A stretch of DNA of 45,344 nucleotides from the NCBI GenBank assembly GCA_964387445.1, contig CAYLXG010000002.1, positions 1 through 45,344 on the forward strand, written 5' to 3'. Below are positions 27,257-36,040 of this stretch, piece after piece. Source of the stretch: an uncultured bacterium. Its GTDB lineage: Bacteria > Fermentibacterota > Fermentibacteria > Fermentibacterales > JCC-6. Numbering within the stretch: position 1 is the stretch's first letter; each line of letters starts with the position of its first letter. The notes under the pieces are model-generated. The model searched no databases. It was given only the letters and a program-made list of their open reading frames with translations, and had not been told where the DNA came from. Made by a program: the position numbers and the translations under genes.

Positions 27257-28285
27257 TCATCCAAAGAACAGTTCTGCTTTTTCTATCTCGTCCACCGGAA
27301 CGGTCTTCAGGGTTCCAACGGCCTCGGAGAGATCGGCGGCTACCACAGATGTTCCCCTGAGGGCAGCCATTTTCCGGTTTTCACCTGACTCCACTGCCTT
27401 GACCCCCAGCCTTGTTCCCAGCACCCTGTCGAAGGCGGAGGGGCTCCCCCCCCTCTGGACATGCCCCAGGACCACGTGCCTGGTCTCCAGGCCGGTCCGG
27501 TCCTGTATCTCGTTCTTGAGCACCTCTCCAATACCGATCCCAGTGCCCAGCTGGACATGCCCGAAGGCGTCCTTCTCTGCGGAATGGTAAACGTGCCTGG
27601 CCAGGGATGGATCTATGGCCCCTTCGGCCACCGCAACGATGGCATACCTTCTGCCCTCTTCGTAACGCTTCTGAAGGATCCTGCAGACTTTATCGGTATC
27701 GAACTCCTTCTCCGGGGTCAGGATAACGTGGGCGCCGCCTGCGATGCCTCCGTGGAGGGCCATCCAGCCGGCGTGTCTACCCATGATCTCCACCACCATG
27801 ACCCTTTCGTGGCTCTTCGCGGTGGTCTTCAGCTTGTCCAGGGCATCCATTACGTAGTTGATGGCGGAATCGAAGCCGAAGGTGCAGTCCGTGGCGGAAA
27901 GGTCGTTGTCTATCGTTTTCGGAACCCCGACTACGGAGACGCCCATTCCCGCACGTATGTCGGCAACGCCCAGGGTGTCCTCGCCGCCCTCGGCCACGGG
28001 AACGTCTATCCCCTTGTCATCCAGGGTGCCCTTTATCTTCTCGAAACCGTTCTCCGTCTTCCTGGGGTTGGTCCTGGATGAGAAGAGAATGGTCCCGCCC
28101 AGGGTGTGAATGTCCCGGACCGCCTCCCTGTCCAGGGGAACCGTTTCATTTTCCATGGCCCCCTTCCATCCCCGGAGGAAGCCGGTGACCCTGTGGCCGT
28201 CCGCCTCGGCTTTTACCACCACACCCCTTATTACAGCGTTCAGACCGGGAGCATCACCGCCGCCGGTGAGTATTCCAATGTGCAC
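27257..28285 (-). CDS. pfk: 6-phosphofructokinase (PfkA family, with PPi-type marker residues)
   Basis: 342 aa. ILTGGGDAPGLNAVIRGVV, GGEDTLG, GVPKTIDNDL, MGRHAGW and GHVQRGGSPS. Confidence 0.9.
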   Translation of the reverse strand: MHIGILTGGGDAPGLNAVIRGVVVKAEADGHRVTGFLRGWKGAMENETVPLDREAVRDIHTLGGTILFSSRTNPRKTENGFEKIKGTLDDKGIDVPVAEGGEDTLGVADIRAGMGVSVVGVPKTIDNDLSATDCTFGFDSAINYVMDALDKLKTTAKSHERVMVVEIMGRHAGWMALHGGIAGGAHVILTPEKEFDTDKVCRILQKRYEEGRRYAIVAVAEGAIDPSLARHVYHSAEKDAFGHVQLGTGIGIGEVLKNEIQDRTGLETRHVVLGHVQRGGSPSAFDRVLGTRLGVKAVESGENRKMAALRGTSVVAADLSEAVGTLKTVPVDEIEKAELFFG

Positions 28286-28288
28286 TGT

Positions 28289-29086
28289 CTACCTCCTGAT
28301 TCTTTCCTGGAACCGGCAGGGGGACTCCCCCGCCCGGGTTACACTTGCGGCGAATTGAGCGAACTCCTCCAGGGACAGGGACTGCCCGCCGTCGGAAAGC
28401 GCCTTGTCGGGATCCGGATGGACCTCCACCATAACTCCGTCGGCACCGGCTCCCAGGCCGGCCATGGAAAGGGGAAGTATCAGGTCCCTCCGGCCGGCTG
28501 CGTGGCATGGATCCACCACCACCGGCAGACCTATCGAGTCCCTTGCAAGGGGAATGGAACTCACATCAAGGGTGGCTCTGGTCCAGTTCTCGAAGGTCCG
28601 GATACCCCGTTCGCAGAGGACCACCTGCTCGTTCCCCTCCTTGAGTATGTACTCGGCGGCCAGAAGCCACTCCTCCACCGTTGCCATGAATCCCCTCTTG
28701 AGAAGGATAGGCATCCCGCTTCTGCCCATTTCACTCAGCAGTATGAAGTTGTGCATGTTCCTGGCACCCACCTGAAGCATGTCAACATACTCCCGGGCCA
28801 CCTCTATCTGCTCCGGCGACATAACTTCGGTAACCACCGGAAGCCCGAACTCGTCACCCGCCCTGCGGAGGATCCTCAGGGCCTCCTCGCCGAGCCCCTG
28901 GAAAGAATACGGGGAAGTCCTGGGTTTCCATGAACCTCCCCTGAGCACTCCGCCGCCGGCGGCTGCAACTGCCTCCGCGGTCCTCATGGCCATATCCTCG
29001 TTCTCCACGGAACAGGGTCCTGCGATCAGGACCACTCGGGGACCTCCGAATACGGCATTGCCCACGGTTATCTGCCTGATCTGCAT
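28289..29086 (-). CDS. 3-deoxy-7-phosphoheptulonate (DAHP) synthase, type I-beta, catalytic barrel only
   Basis: 265 aa. IAGPCSVEN, GGSWKPRTSPYSFQGLG (KPRTSPY is the DAHPS rather than KDO8PS signature), LCERGIRTF and VDPCH. Confidence 0.85.
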   Translation of the reverse strand: MQIRQITVGNAVFGGPRVVLIAGPCSVENEDMAMRTAEAVAAAGGGVLRGGSWKPRTSPYSFQGLGEEALRILRRAGDEFGLPVVTEVMSPEQIEVAREYVDMLQVGARNMHNFILLSEMGRSGMPILLKRGFMATVEEWLLAAEYILKEGNEQVVLCERGIRTFENWTRATLDVSSIPLARDSIGLPVVVDPCHAAGRRDLILPLSMAGLGAGADGVMVEVHPDPDKALSDGGQSLSLEEFAQFAASVTRAGESPCRFQERIRR

Positions 29087-29087
29087 T

Positions 29088-30809
29088 CTACCCCTTCCCC
29101 AGAGTGTTCATGATGTTCCTCACCACCTCACGCACGGTGCTGTCGGAAAGGGGACCGGGGTTGTGCCCCATCGCGTTGTTGATCTGCTCCTCCACCCAGT
29201 TGGGATTGAATCCCGCATCTATCATGTCCATGAGTTCCGCTCTCGCGTTAAGCAGTTTCACCAGATCCACGTCGAGCCTCAGCAGCTCAGACCTGTAGTC
29301 CGGCTCTATGTCTTCCTTCCCAATTCGGGAACGGTCGAGTTTGCCGGAAACCGTTCTGGGCAGGCCAAGGACGAAATTGTACTTCCTGGGCATCTTGAAA
29401 TCCTCAAGGACCCCTGCCAGGAAGCTCCTGAGATCGGAAGCCGAAAGTTCCTCTCCGCCCCTGAGGACCACATAGGCCACCGGAGCCTCCCCCCTGCCGG
29501 GGATATCCTCGCCCACGACGCACACATCCCTCACCGCCGGGTGCTTAAGTATCGCCAGCTCCACCTCGCTGGGGTAGACCTTAAGCCCGGAGGCCTTTAT
29601 CAGCCCGCCCCTTCTGCCTGTGAAGTAGAGACGACCATTCTTCCTGGTGAAGATATCGCCGGTCCTGTACCAGCCCTCCACCAGGATCTCCGAAGCATCG
29701 GATCGTTCACCCAGGTAGCGGTTGACTATTCCCTCGCCGGCGACCCAGAGTTCTCCCCTTCCGTCGCCCTCCACCTCGCCTTGGTCCCCGCGGAGCTGTA
29801 CGCTGTATCCGCTCACTACCTTCGCGAAGCCTTCTATGCCAGGCTCTCCAACCAGAACGACCCCTGATGTTTCGGTGCTTCCCCAGACGGGAGTAACGCT
29901 TATGCCGGTTCTGCCGTGGAAAGAACCGAGGAAGCCGTCGGTAACCTTCATTCCCCCGGCTTCCACGATCCTGAGACTTGAGATGTCGGCGTCCTCCCTC
30001 CTGACCAGCCTGCTCAGCGAGTCCAGCTGGGGGGGAAGACCCATGAGGAATGTTACCCTGTGTTCCCTTATCATGCTCAAATGCTCCCTGGGGAACACGG
30101 AGGGCTCCAGCACGGTGGTGGCGCCGAGATACAGACCCCTCATGAATATCTCGTGGGGATGGCCGATCACTCCGAAGAGGGACATCAGAACGTCGTCTTC
30201 GGTGAGACCGAGGGTCTCGCAGACGGCAGCGGTGTTCACCATGAGCTCCCTGTGGGTGCTCACCGCGACCTTGGGCAGACCTGTGGTGCCGCTGGTGACG
30301 TTCATGTAGAAGTCGTCGAAGATGTCCACCTGGGGATTGCCCGTTGTTGAAAGGGCCGGAGAGATGAGATCGTTCCTGCTGAAGGGCAGCAGCGTGCTCG
30401 CCTTCCACCCCTGGGAATCCATGCCCTCCCAGCAGAGTATGAACCTCTTGAGCCACCGGGTGAAGACCATCTCCCTGTCTTCGGAGAGCCACCCGGGGTT
30501 CAGCCCCATGAACCTGGCGCCGACCTTGGATACCGCGGTGAAGGCCACCGGCAGACCGCAGTTCCGTTCGGCCTGAACCCCCACGAGGGTGTCCTTCTCC
30601 ACGCCGGCATTCTGCAGCCTTCCCGCCAGATGCTCCGAAGCCCGGTGCCACTGGGCGAAGGTAAGGGAGCTCTCTCCGTCGATGATGGCCGTTTTGTCGG
30701 GTATCTCCATGGCCCACTTCTTCAGCAGGCCATGGACCGTAAGGCTTTCTCTAATCAACCTTTTTTCCGCAATCCGGGCAGAACTTGCTTCCCGCCGGAA
30801 CATCGGCAC
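29088..30809 (-). CDS. adenylate-forming acyl/aryl-CoA ligase with a C-terminal AroQ chorismate-mutase-like helical domain
   Basis: 573 aa with a GTG start. An alternative TTG at 30758 would shorten the 59-nt overlap with the upstream gene. AMP-binding motifs are NVTSGTTGLPK, YRTGD and TVSGKLDR. The last 70 aa (29091-29300) resemble a CM_2 domain. Confidence 0.8.
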   Translation of the reverse strand: MPMFRREASSARIAEKRLIRESLTVHGLLKKWAMEIPDKTAIIDGESSLTFAQWHRASEHLAGRLQNAGVEKDTLVGVQAERNCGLPVAFTAVSKVGARFMGLNPGWLSEDREMVFTRWLKRFILCWEGMDSQGWKASTLLPFSRNDLISPALSTTGNPQVDIFDDFYMNVTSGTTGLPKVAVSTHRELMVNTAAVCETLGLTEDDVLMSLFGVIGHPHEIFMRGLYLGATTVLEPSVFPREHLSMIREHRVTFLMGLPPQLDSLSRLVRREDADISSLRIVEAGGMKVTDGFLGSFHGRTGISVTPVWGSTETSGVVLVGEPGIEGFAKVVSGYSVQLRGDQGEVEGDGRGELWVAGEGIVNRYLGERSDASEILVEGWYRTGDIFTRKNGRLYFTGRRGGLIKASGLKVYPSEVELAILKHPAVRDVCVVGEDIPGRGEAPVAYVVLRGGEELSASDLRSFLAGVLEDFKMPRKYNFVLGLPRTVSGKLDRSRIGKEDIEPDYRSELLRLDVDLVKLLNARAELMDMIDAGFNPNWVEEQINNAMGHNPGPLSDSTVREVVRNIMNTLGKG

Positions 30810-31878
30810 CGCATTCGCATTTCACCCCTGCTCCGGCCTTGGCTCCGCAGCTGGGACAGAACTTGCTTCCCGCGGGCATGGGCTTGCCGCAGGCGGCGCA
30901 TGCCTCGGCCATGGGCTTGCCGCATTCCGGGCAGAACTTGCCCTCGGGTACGGACTTGCCGCAGGAAGGGCAGGTAACGGAAGCCGCCGCTGCTGCTCCG
31001 CCTCCACCTCCGCCTCCGGTATTCCTGTTCATCGCCGCGCCCATCTGGTTGGCCATGGCCATTCCCATACCCAGGCCGGCTCCCATTCCCACGCCGGCTC
31101 CGGCGGCGCCTCCGCCTCCGGCGGTGGCGGCATCGCCCATTGCGGTGGCAGTCTTGAACCTCATGTAGGCGTCGATGTCCCCCACCGCCGCCATGGAGCT
31201 TCTCTCGTCTATCCTCTTCTGAACCTCTTCAGGAGGCGTGATGGCGCTTATGTAGAAATCCACCAGCTGAATGCCGTACTTGCCGAAATCGTCGGCAAAA
31301 CGGCTCTTTGCCAGGGTGCCTATCTCGTCGTAGTATGCCGGGAGGTCGAACACCGTTTCTATGGTTTCCCCGAGAAGGTCGGTGAGCCTGCTTATGATCA
31401 TGTTCTTAAGGAAGCCTTCGATATCCCCGGTGGAGAACCTTCCCTCGGTGCCGACCAGCTTGTTCACGAACAGCTGGCTGTCGGATACCTTCATGGAGAA
31501 GTTGCCGAAGGCACGAAGCCTTACCATTGCCAGTTCCTTGTCCCTGAATGGGATAGGCTCCTTGGTGCCCCATTTCATGTCGGTGAACGTTTTCTTGTTC
31601 ACATAGTAGACCTCAGCCCTGAAGGGTGTACCCTCCCCGGAGAAGGCCATGTCCACAAGACCGGCCAGAAGAGGGATGTTCTGGGTGGTAAGGGTATGCC
31701 TGCCGGGGCCGAGGACGTCCATCGCCTTGCCGTCGCGGTAGAAAACGGCCTCCTGGCTCTCCCTGACAACGCACTGGCTGCCCAGCCTGAACTCGCCGGA
31801 ACCGTTCTCGGGGACCCTGTGAACTATCTCCTTGCCGGTGTTGTCCAGGAACTCGATTATCTCAGGTCGCTTGAACAT
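30751..31878 (-). CDS. SPFH/band-7 domain protein with Gly-rich linker and C-terminal multiple zinc ribbons (COG4260/YdjI-like)
   Basis: 375 aa. N-terminal IIEFLDNTGKEIVHRVPENGSGEFRLGSQCVVRESQEAVFYRDGK matches the virion-core-like SPFH family. The C-terminus has four (K)FCPxCG-type ribbons. AGGAGG lies 7 nt upstream. Confidence 0.8.
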   Translation of the reverse strand: MFKRPEIIEFLDNTGKEIVHRVPENGSGEFRLGSQCVVRESQEAVFYRDGKAMDVLGPGRHTLTTQNIPLLAGLVDMAFSGEGTPFRAEVYYVNKKTFTDMKWGTKEPIPFRDKELAMVRLRAFGNFSMKVSDSQLFVNKLVGTEGRFSTGDIEGFLKNMIISRLTDLLGETIETVFDLPAYYDEIGTLAKSRFADDFGKYGIQLVDFYISAITPPEEVQKRIDERSSMAAVGDIDAYMRFKTATAMGDAATAGGGGAAGAGVGMGAGLGMGMAMANQMGAAMNRNTGGGGGGGAAAAASVTCPSCGKSVPEGKFCPECGKPMAEACAACGKPMPAGSKFCPSCGAKAGAGVKCECGADVPAGSKFCPDCGKKVD

Positions 31879-31889
31879 GGATCAACCTC

Positions 31890-32414
31890 CTAATCGATCG
31901 GTGTGTTGTTCTGAAGGTCAACCATGAGAGAGCTGCGACCCTCCAGTTTGTGAATGAAGCCGTCGAGGCCTTCCAGGGCCACCTTTAGCGCTTCCTGTAT
32001 CCCGGCTCCCGAATCCACCGCATTGCCCAGGGCCTGGAAATCCTCCTGAAGCCTGTCGGTGTCCTCGGCAAGGCTGCAGTCGAACTCGTAGAGCTTGTCG
32101 AGCTCCTCCTCCTGCACCTTGTGCATGTCGAACCAGCCCCTGTAGCCCCTGGAGGCGAAGCGGACCATGTCCGCGGCCTTCTCCAGCCTCTTGGTGAGCC
32201 TGTCGAAACCTGACGCGGCCTGCAGGGCGGCGGGACCCTTGAGATCTGCCAGACCTGAGGTGGCCATCTCGTTCAGCCCCTCGAGCCTGCTGGCCAGCAT
32301 GGAACGGAAGAGGGCGTCGTTGTCCCTCCTCTCCTCTTTCCTCTTGTAACCCTTGTATCCCGGAATGATCCTTATGGCCTTTTCCAGGAAGTTGAGTTCT
32401 CTGCCTTCACTCAT
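31890..32414 (-). CDS. hypothetical coiled-coil protein (174 aa) upstream of the SPFH gene
   Basis: ATG at 32414 is preceded by GGGAGG at 6 nt. The predicted protein is helical and charged, with the motif IIPGYKGYKRKEERRDND. Its stop codon overlaps the SD of the SPFH gene. Confidence 0.6.
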   Translation of the reverse strand: MSEGRELNFLEKAIRIIPGYKGYKRKEERRDNDALFRSMLASRLEGLNEMATSGLADLKGPAALQAASGFDRLTKRLEKAADMVRFASRGYRGWFDMHKVQEEELDKLYEFDCSLAEDTDRLQEDFQALGNAVDSGAGIQEALKVALEGLDGFIHKLEGRSSLMVDLQNNTPID

Positions 32415-32501
32415 GTTCACCCTCCCAGGCTTGTTACTCGAACCGAAACTGCAACCATGAATATCATACCTATGCACTGCGATTGCCCGCGTCAATAAGA
32501 A

Positions 32502-33455
32502 CTACCTCACCGAATCGATGTTCCTGGCGTGCCCGGCGGCGGTGGTGGCAAAGAGGTGTTCCCCTGAACCGTCCCCCCTGCTCACGAAGAAAAGGAAACC
32601 CCCTGCGGTGTCGGGTTCCGCCGCCGCTGCCAGGGATGCCTCTCCCGGGGAGCAGATAGGCCCGGGGGGCAGCCCCTGGTGCCGGTAGGTGTTGTAGGGG
32701 CTTTCCACCTCCAGGGCGAACTGAACCGTGGCGCAGCTCTCCAGCCGCATTCCTGTCCGGAGCCTGTTAAGGAAGACACCGGCGATCTTGTCCCGTTCCA
32801 GGTCGGCGGCCGCCTCCCTCTCCACTATGGAGGCCAGGATCACACCCTGGAAGGGGGTAAGCCCCTGCTCCTCCACCGCCTGTACCCAGTTTCCGTCCAT
32901 GACGCTCTGCCCGGTGGCCACGATCCTGTTCAGCACCGCCCATGCTGGAAGGGTATCGGCGAACTCGTAGGTCTCCGGATAGAGGTACCCCTCCAGACAG
33001 GGCACCCCCATGGCCTCCAGGAACTCGGGATCCCCCGCAAGGGCCTGGAGATCCTCCACCGGAAATCCCATGGAATCGGATATGATCCCCAGGCTTTCCT
33101 CCAGCCTGAGTCCCGGGGGCAGGGTTATCCATGTGGTGGGCTCGGGTATTACCCTTCCGGAGGTGAGGACCTCCAGTATCCCATGAGTGGTCATGGTATC
33201 GGAAAGAAGGTACCGCCCCGCCAGGAGCGGGGCTTCCTGGAAACTGCGCCTGTACTCCAGCAGGAACATCCATTCGTTCCTGACCATTCCGCTGTCCTGC
33301 AGAGCCGATGCGGTCCTCCGGGCACCCCAGCCCCTCTCAAGGGTGAACTCCTGCACCCTTCCTGTTCCAGGGGGAGAACCCAGCCAGCTGAACAGCCTTA
33401 ACCCGCCCGCGGCAGCAAAAAGGATCAGCAGTGCAACCCAAACGATCTTCCTCAT
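32502..33455 (-). CDS. mltG: endolytic murein transglycosylase MltG (YceG-like)
   Basis: Start at MRKIVWVALLILF (TM anchor; ATGA overlap with ruvX). GYLYPETYEF, ILASIVEREA and YNTYRHQGLPPGPICSPG are YceG signatures. Confidence 0.87.
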   Translation of the reverse strand: MRKIVWVALLILFAAAGGLRLFSWLGSPPGTGRVQEFTLERGWGARRTASALQDSGMVRNEWMFLLEYRRSFQEAPLLAGRYLLSDTMTTHGILEVLTSGRVIPEPTTWITLPPGLRLEESLGIISDSMGFPVEDLQALAGDPEFLEAMGVPCLEGYLYPETYEFADTLPAWAVLNRIVATGQSVMDGNWVQAVEEQGLTPFQGVILASIVEREAAADLERDKIAGVFLNRLRTGMRLESCATVQFALEVESPYNTYRHQGLPPGPICSPGEASLAAAAEPDTAGGFLFFVSRGDGSGEHLFATTAAGHARNIDSVR

Positions 33456-33838
33456 TTCCGCCTTTCGTCCAGATACCTCTGGAGAATGGTGCACGCAGCC
33501 ACGGAATCCAACCTGCCCTTCCTGTCCCTGCCGCCCATCAGGGCAGCCGCCGAGGCGGTGGATCCGGCTTCGTTCACCGTTGCGACCTCATGGCCCGCTT
33601 CCTTAATACGGGCAGCCAGGGCCTTCACCTCCCCGCACAGTTCAGTGGTCCTGCCCAGGGCCGAGAGGGGAAGGCCCAGGATCACCATCAGTTCACCGTG
33701 CCTTTCGGAAAGTTCTTCCAGCCTGAGGATTATTTCGCCCCATCCTCCCAGTACAGGCTCTCCTGGAAGGACCAGCCCCCCGAGAAGGATGGCGGTGCCG
33801 GTCCTCTTCCTTCCGTAGTCAAGGGCAACTATTGTCAT
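33452..33838 (-). CDS. ruvX: RuvX/YqgF putative pre-16S rRNA nuclease (Holliday-junction-resolvase-like)
   Basis: Only the last 128 codons of the 656-aa track ORF are used. MTIVALDYGRKRTGTA...ILGLPLSALG...DSVAACTILQRYL is the YqgF pattern. The ATG overlaps the upstream stop (TGATG). Confidence 0.85.
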   Translation of the reverse strand: MTIVALDYGRKRTGTAILLGGLVLPGEPVLGGWGEIILRLEELSERHGELMVILGLPLSALGRTTELCGEVKALAARIKEAGHEVATVNEAGSTASAAALMGGRDRKGRLDSVAACTILQRYLDERRK

Positions 33839-35490
33839 CAGAACACCCTCTTCCTGAGGTTGTCCATTCCGGCCCTGTACATGATCACGCTGACAAGCCC
33901 TCCCACCGGTATCATCAGCAGCATGATGGAGTACCACACCGGCTCGGCCAGCATGGCCTCGGTGAAGTTGTCGGTCATGTACCTTCTGGTAACCACGGAG
34001 AGCACGGTAACTATGAAGAGAACGAAGGCCACCGAAACGAAAGCGGTGATGATGCCTCCCTGGCCGCTGGAGAGTCCCACTGCGCTCCCTGCGCCCTTTC
34101 TGAGGAAAAGGCAGCCCATTGATATGTTCACGGTGGAAAGAACGAAGGCGGTGATGAAAATGCAGGCCACCGACTCTATCTGAAGAAGGGTCCCCGCGCC
34201 GATGCTCCTGCTGGAGAGCCATGCAAGAACGCTGGCGGGTATCACCGAAAGTAGGAGGGTCTGGGTCCACTTGGATCTGTAGAGAAGCTCTCTGCCCCCC
34301 GGGAGCTGTATCATCGAATGGAACCCTGGAGCTTCCATGCTGGGGGCGGGAAAGGCGAACCTGACCATCATCGTGGCGGTGACGAAGGCGCTGAATGAGA
34401 TGTTGATGAAAACACCCACCGCAAGCCAGTAAGGGTTCCCGAAGTCTATGGGAAACCTGCTGAGGTTGATCACATATATGCTGAACATACCCGCCAGTAT
34501 CCCAAGCTGGCTCCACTGCACAGGATCCCTGAGAAAGACCAGGAGGTCCTTCTGAAACACTGTGGAAGCCCTTCCGCCCCCCCTGAAGAAAAGAGGGGAC
34601 TGATACCTGGCGGAGATCGCCGCAGACCGGTTCCAGGCCTTGAGGTACCCCACGGAGGCGAAGGAAAGGGCGGCGGCGGCAAGGATAAGTGACTGGGCGG
34701 CAAGCAGCAGACCGGAGGACATGCTTCCCTGGACCATGGCCCTGAGGAAAAGGGCATGGGGCCAGTAGCCGCCTGTCTGTCCGGGGAGCCCTGAAACGAA
34801 CTGCTGAAGACCGCCCAGCTGCATCCCCGGGACCTCTTCTATCACAAGCTGGTCGCTGGTTCCGCTGGCGAAGAAGAAGAGTGCTCCGCTTCCGGCAATT
34901 ATGGCAATGCCTCCGAACAGCTTCCAGCCGGTCATTCCTCCCAGCCTTGAAAGCAGGACCGTTACGATCGTCCCTATGGAGACCCATGCCAGGAGCATGA
35001 AGGGGTAGAGAAGGAATCCCGCTGATGGATGGACCTCGGTGAAGGCCAGCCCCCTGGTGAAGGCCAGCAGGATGGGATAGCCCATGAGGAGCATCGTCCA
35101 CCCTGCATTGAACCAGCTCTCGAGAACGGCGGACACCGCCAGGGACCGATGGTCGGCGGAGGAGGCCAGCAGCAGGGTCACCCTGGGAGACCTGTAGAGG
35201 GAGTTGTTCCCGGTGATGAGCGAACTGACGCCCACGAACACCCCGAAGGCAAGGAGAGCCATGCCGAAAAGCCTTGAAGCCAGTGCGGTCCCGAAACCGT
35301 AGAGATCCTGGTCCAGGGAAGCCAGGTAGGCGAAAAGAACTACGAAAAGGTGATAGAACACATAGGCCATGACGCCAAGGGTGATAACCCCTGCAATGAG
35401 CTTCAGCCGGTTGCTCTTCCATTCCTCCGCCACGCCGCCGGCGAAACCCCGGAGCTGCATCGAGAGCAGGATGGAAAGATGAGAAAGCAT
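33838..35490 (-). CDS. polytopic membrane protein (550 aa), possibly a putative-ABC-exporter-type permease
   Basis: About 12 or more hydrophobic segments by eye. The N-terminus (LSILLSMQLRGFAGG...KSNRLKLIAGVI) resembles ABC-2-like exporter permeases. I recognise no catalytic motifs. Confidence 0.55.
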   Translation of the reverse strand: MLSHLSILLSMQLRGFAGGVAEEWKSNRLKLIAGVITLGVMAYVFYHLFVVLFAYLASLDQDLYGFGTALASRLFGMALLAFGVFVGVSSLITGNNSLYRSPRVTLLLASSADHRSLAVSAVLESWFNAGWTMLLMGYPILLAFTRGLAFTEVHPSAGFLLYPFMLLAWVSIGTIVTVLLSRLGGMTGWKLFGGIAIIAGSGALFFFASGTSDQLVIEEVPGMQLGGLQQFVSGLPGQTGGYWPHALFLRAMVQGSMSSGLLLAAQSLILAAAALSFASVGYLKAWNRSAAISARYQSPLFFRGGGRASTVFQKDLLVFLRDPVQWSQLGILAGMFSIYVINLSRFPIDFGNPYWLAVGVFINISFSAFVTATMMVRFAFPAPSMEAPGFHSMIQLPGGRELLYRSKWTQTLLLSVIPASVLAWLSSRSIGAGTLLQIESVACIFITAFVLSTVNISMGCLFLRKGAGSAVGLSSGQGGIITAFVSVAFVLFIVTVLSVVTRRYMTDNFTEAMLAEPVWYSIMLLMIPVGGLVSVIMYRAGMDNLRKRVF

Positions 35491-35530
35491 ACCCGAAGAT
35501 ACAACCTGAAGAGGGGGAATGTTACCGCGG

Positions 35531-36040
35531 TCAGTCCTGGAACACCCTGAGTATCTCCCCGTAGAAGATCACGTGATAATCCTTCTCGGGATAGGCTCGT
35601 TCTCCTGCATCGGTGATGAAACCGGAGGGATCCATGGGCTGCCGGTAGATCTTCCTGCACTCCAGGATCAGGTCGGCTTCATGGTAGCATGGAGAAAGAA
35701 CCGATTCAGAAGGCTTCAGTGTAAGGTCAGTCTCGGCCAGTTTGTCCCGATCCCTGCCGGAAACCGTTCCCAGGTGCTGAAGGTCCTTCCTGCGGCTTTG
35801 GGGAAATGCGCAGAGGGTGAAACTGTCCGATCTCTCAATGTAACTCAGCGTGTGTCTCTGGGGTCTGACGACGATCTGGGCGAAGGGCCTGTTCCACATG
35901 CATCCGATGGAGCCCCAGGCCACGGTCATCATGTTGCAGTCCTCCATTGTTCCCGAGGTGAGGAGGAGCCAGCGGTTCTTCCACAGGTCCACCGGTCTGG
36001 CCGCGAACTCTTCAGGCTTAATTTCTTTCATGTTGATCAC
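35531..36040 (-). CDS. flavin reductase-like (FMN-binding split-barrel) protein
   Basis: 169 aa. WLLLTSGTMEDCNMMTVAWGSIGCMWNRPFAQIVVRPQRHT fits the flavoredoxin / Flavin_Reduct pattern. Confidence 0.68.
   Translation of the reverse strand: MINMKEIKPEEFAARPVDLWKNRWLLLTSGTMEDCNMMTVAWGSIGCMWNRPFAQIVVRPQRHTLSYIERSDSFTLCAFPQSRRKDLQHLGTVSGRDRDKLAETDLTLKPSESVLSPCYHEADLILECRKIYRQPMDPSGFITDAGERAYPEKDYHVIFYGEILRVFQD

Noticed and set aside
30780-31010. Short DNA repeats (gcagaacttgc..., gggcttgccgca...) at the 3' end of the SPFH gene
   Set aside because: They encode the repeated (K)FCPxCG zinc-ribbon modules. They are coding-sequence repeats, not an independent repeat element.
28106-31893. Long antisense or off-frame ORFs over pfk, DAHPS, the ligase and the SPFH gene (28106-28933, 28779-29867, 29707-30717, 30589-31893)
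   Set aside because: Their compositions are dominated by R, G, P, H and A with no motifs. Each lies entirely within a gene that has strong family signatures.
33839-35422. N-terminal ~525 codons of the 656-aa ORF 33452-35422
   Set aside because: This is an off-frame read (R/G/P/H-rich) across the 550-aa membrane-protein gene on the same strand. Only the last 128 codons (RuvX, starting at the ATG at 33838) look real.
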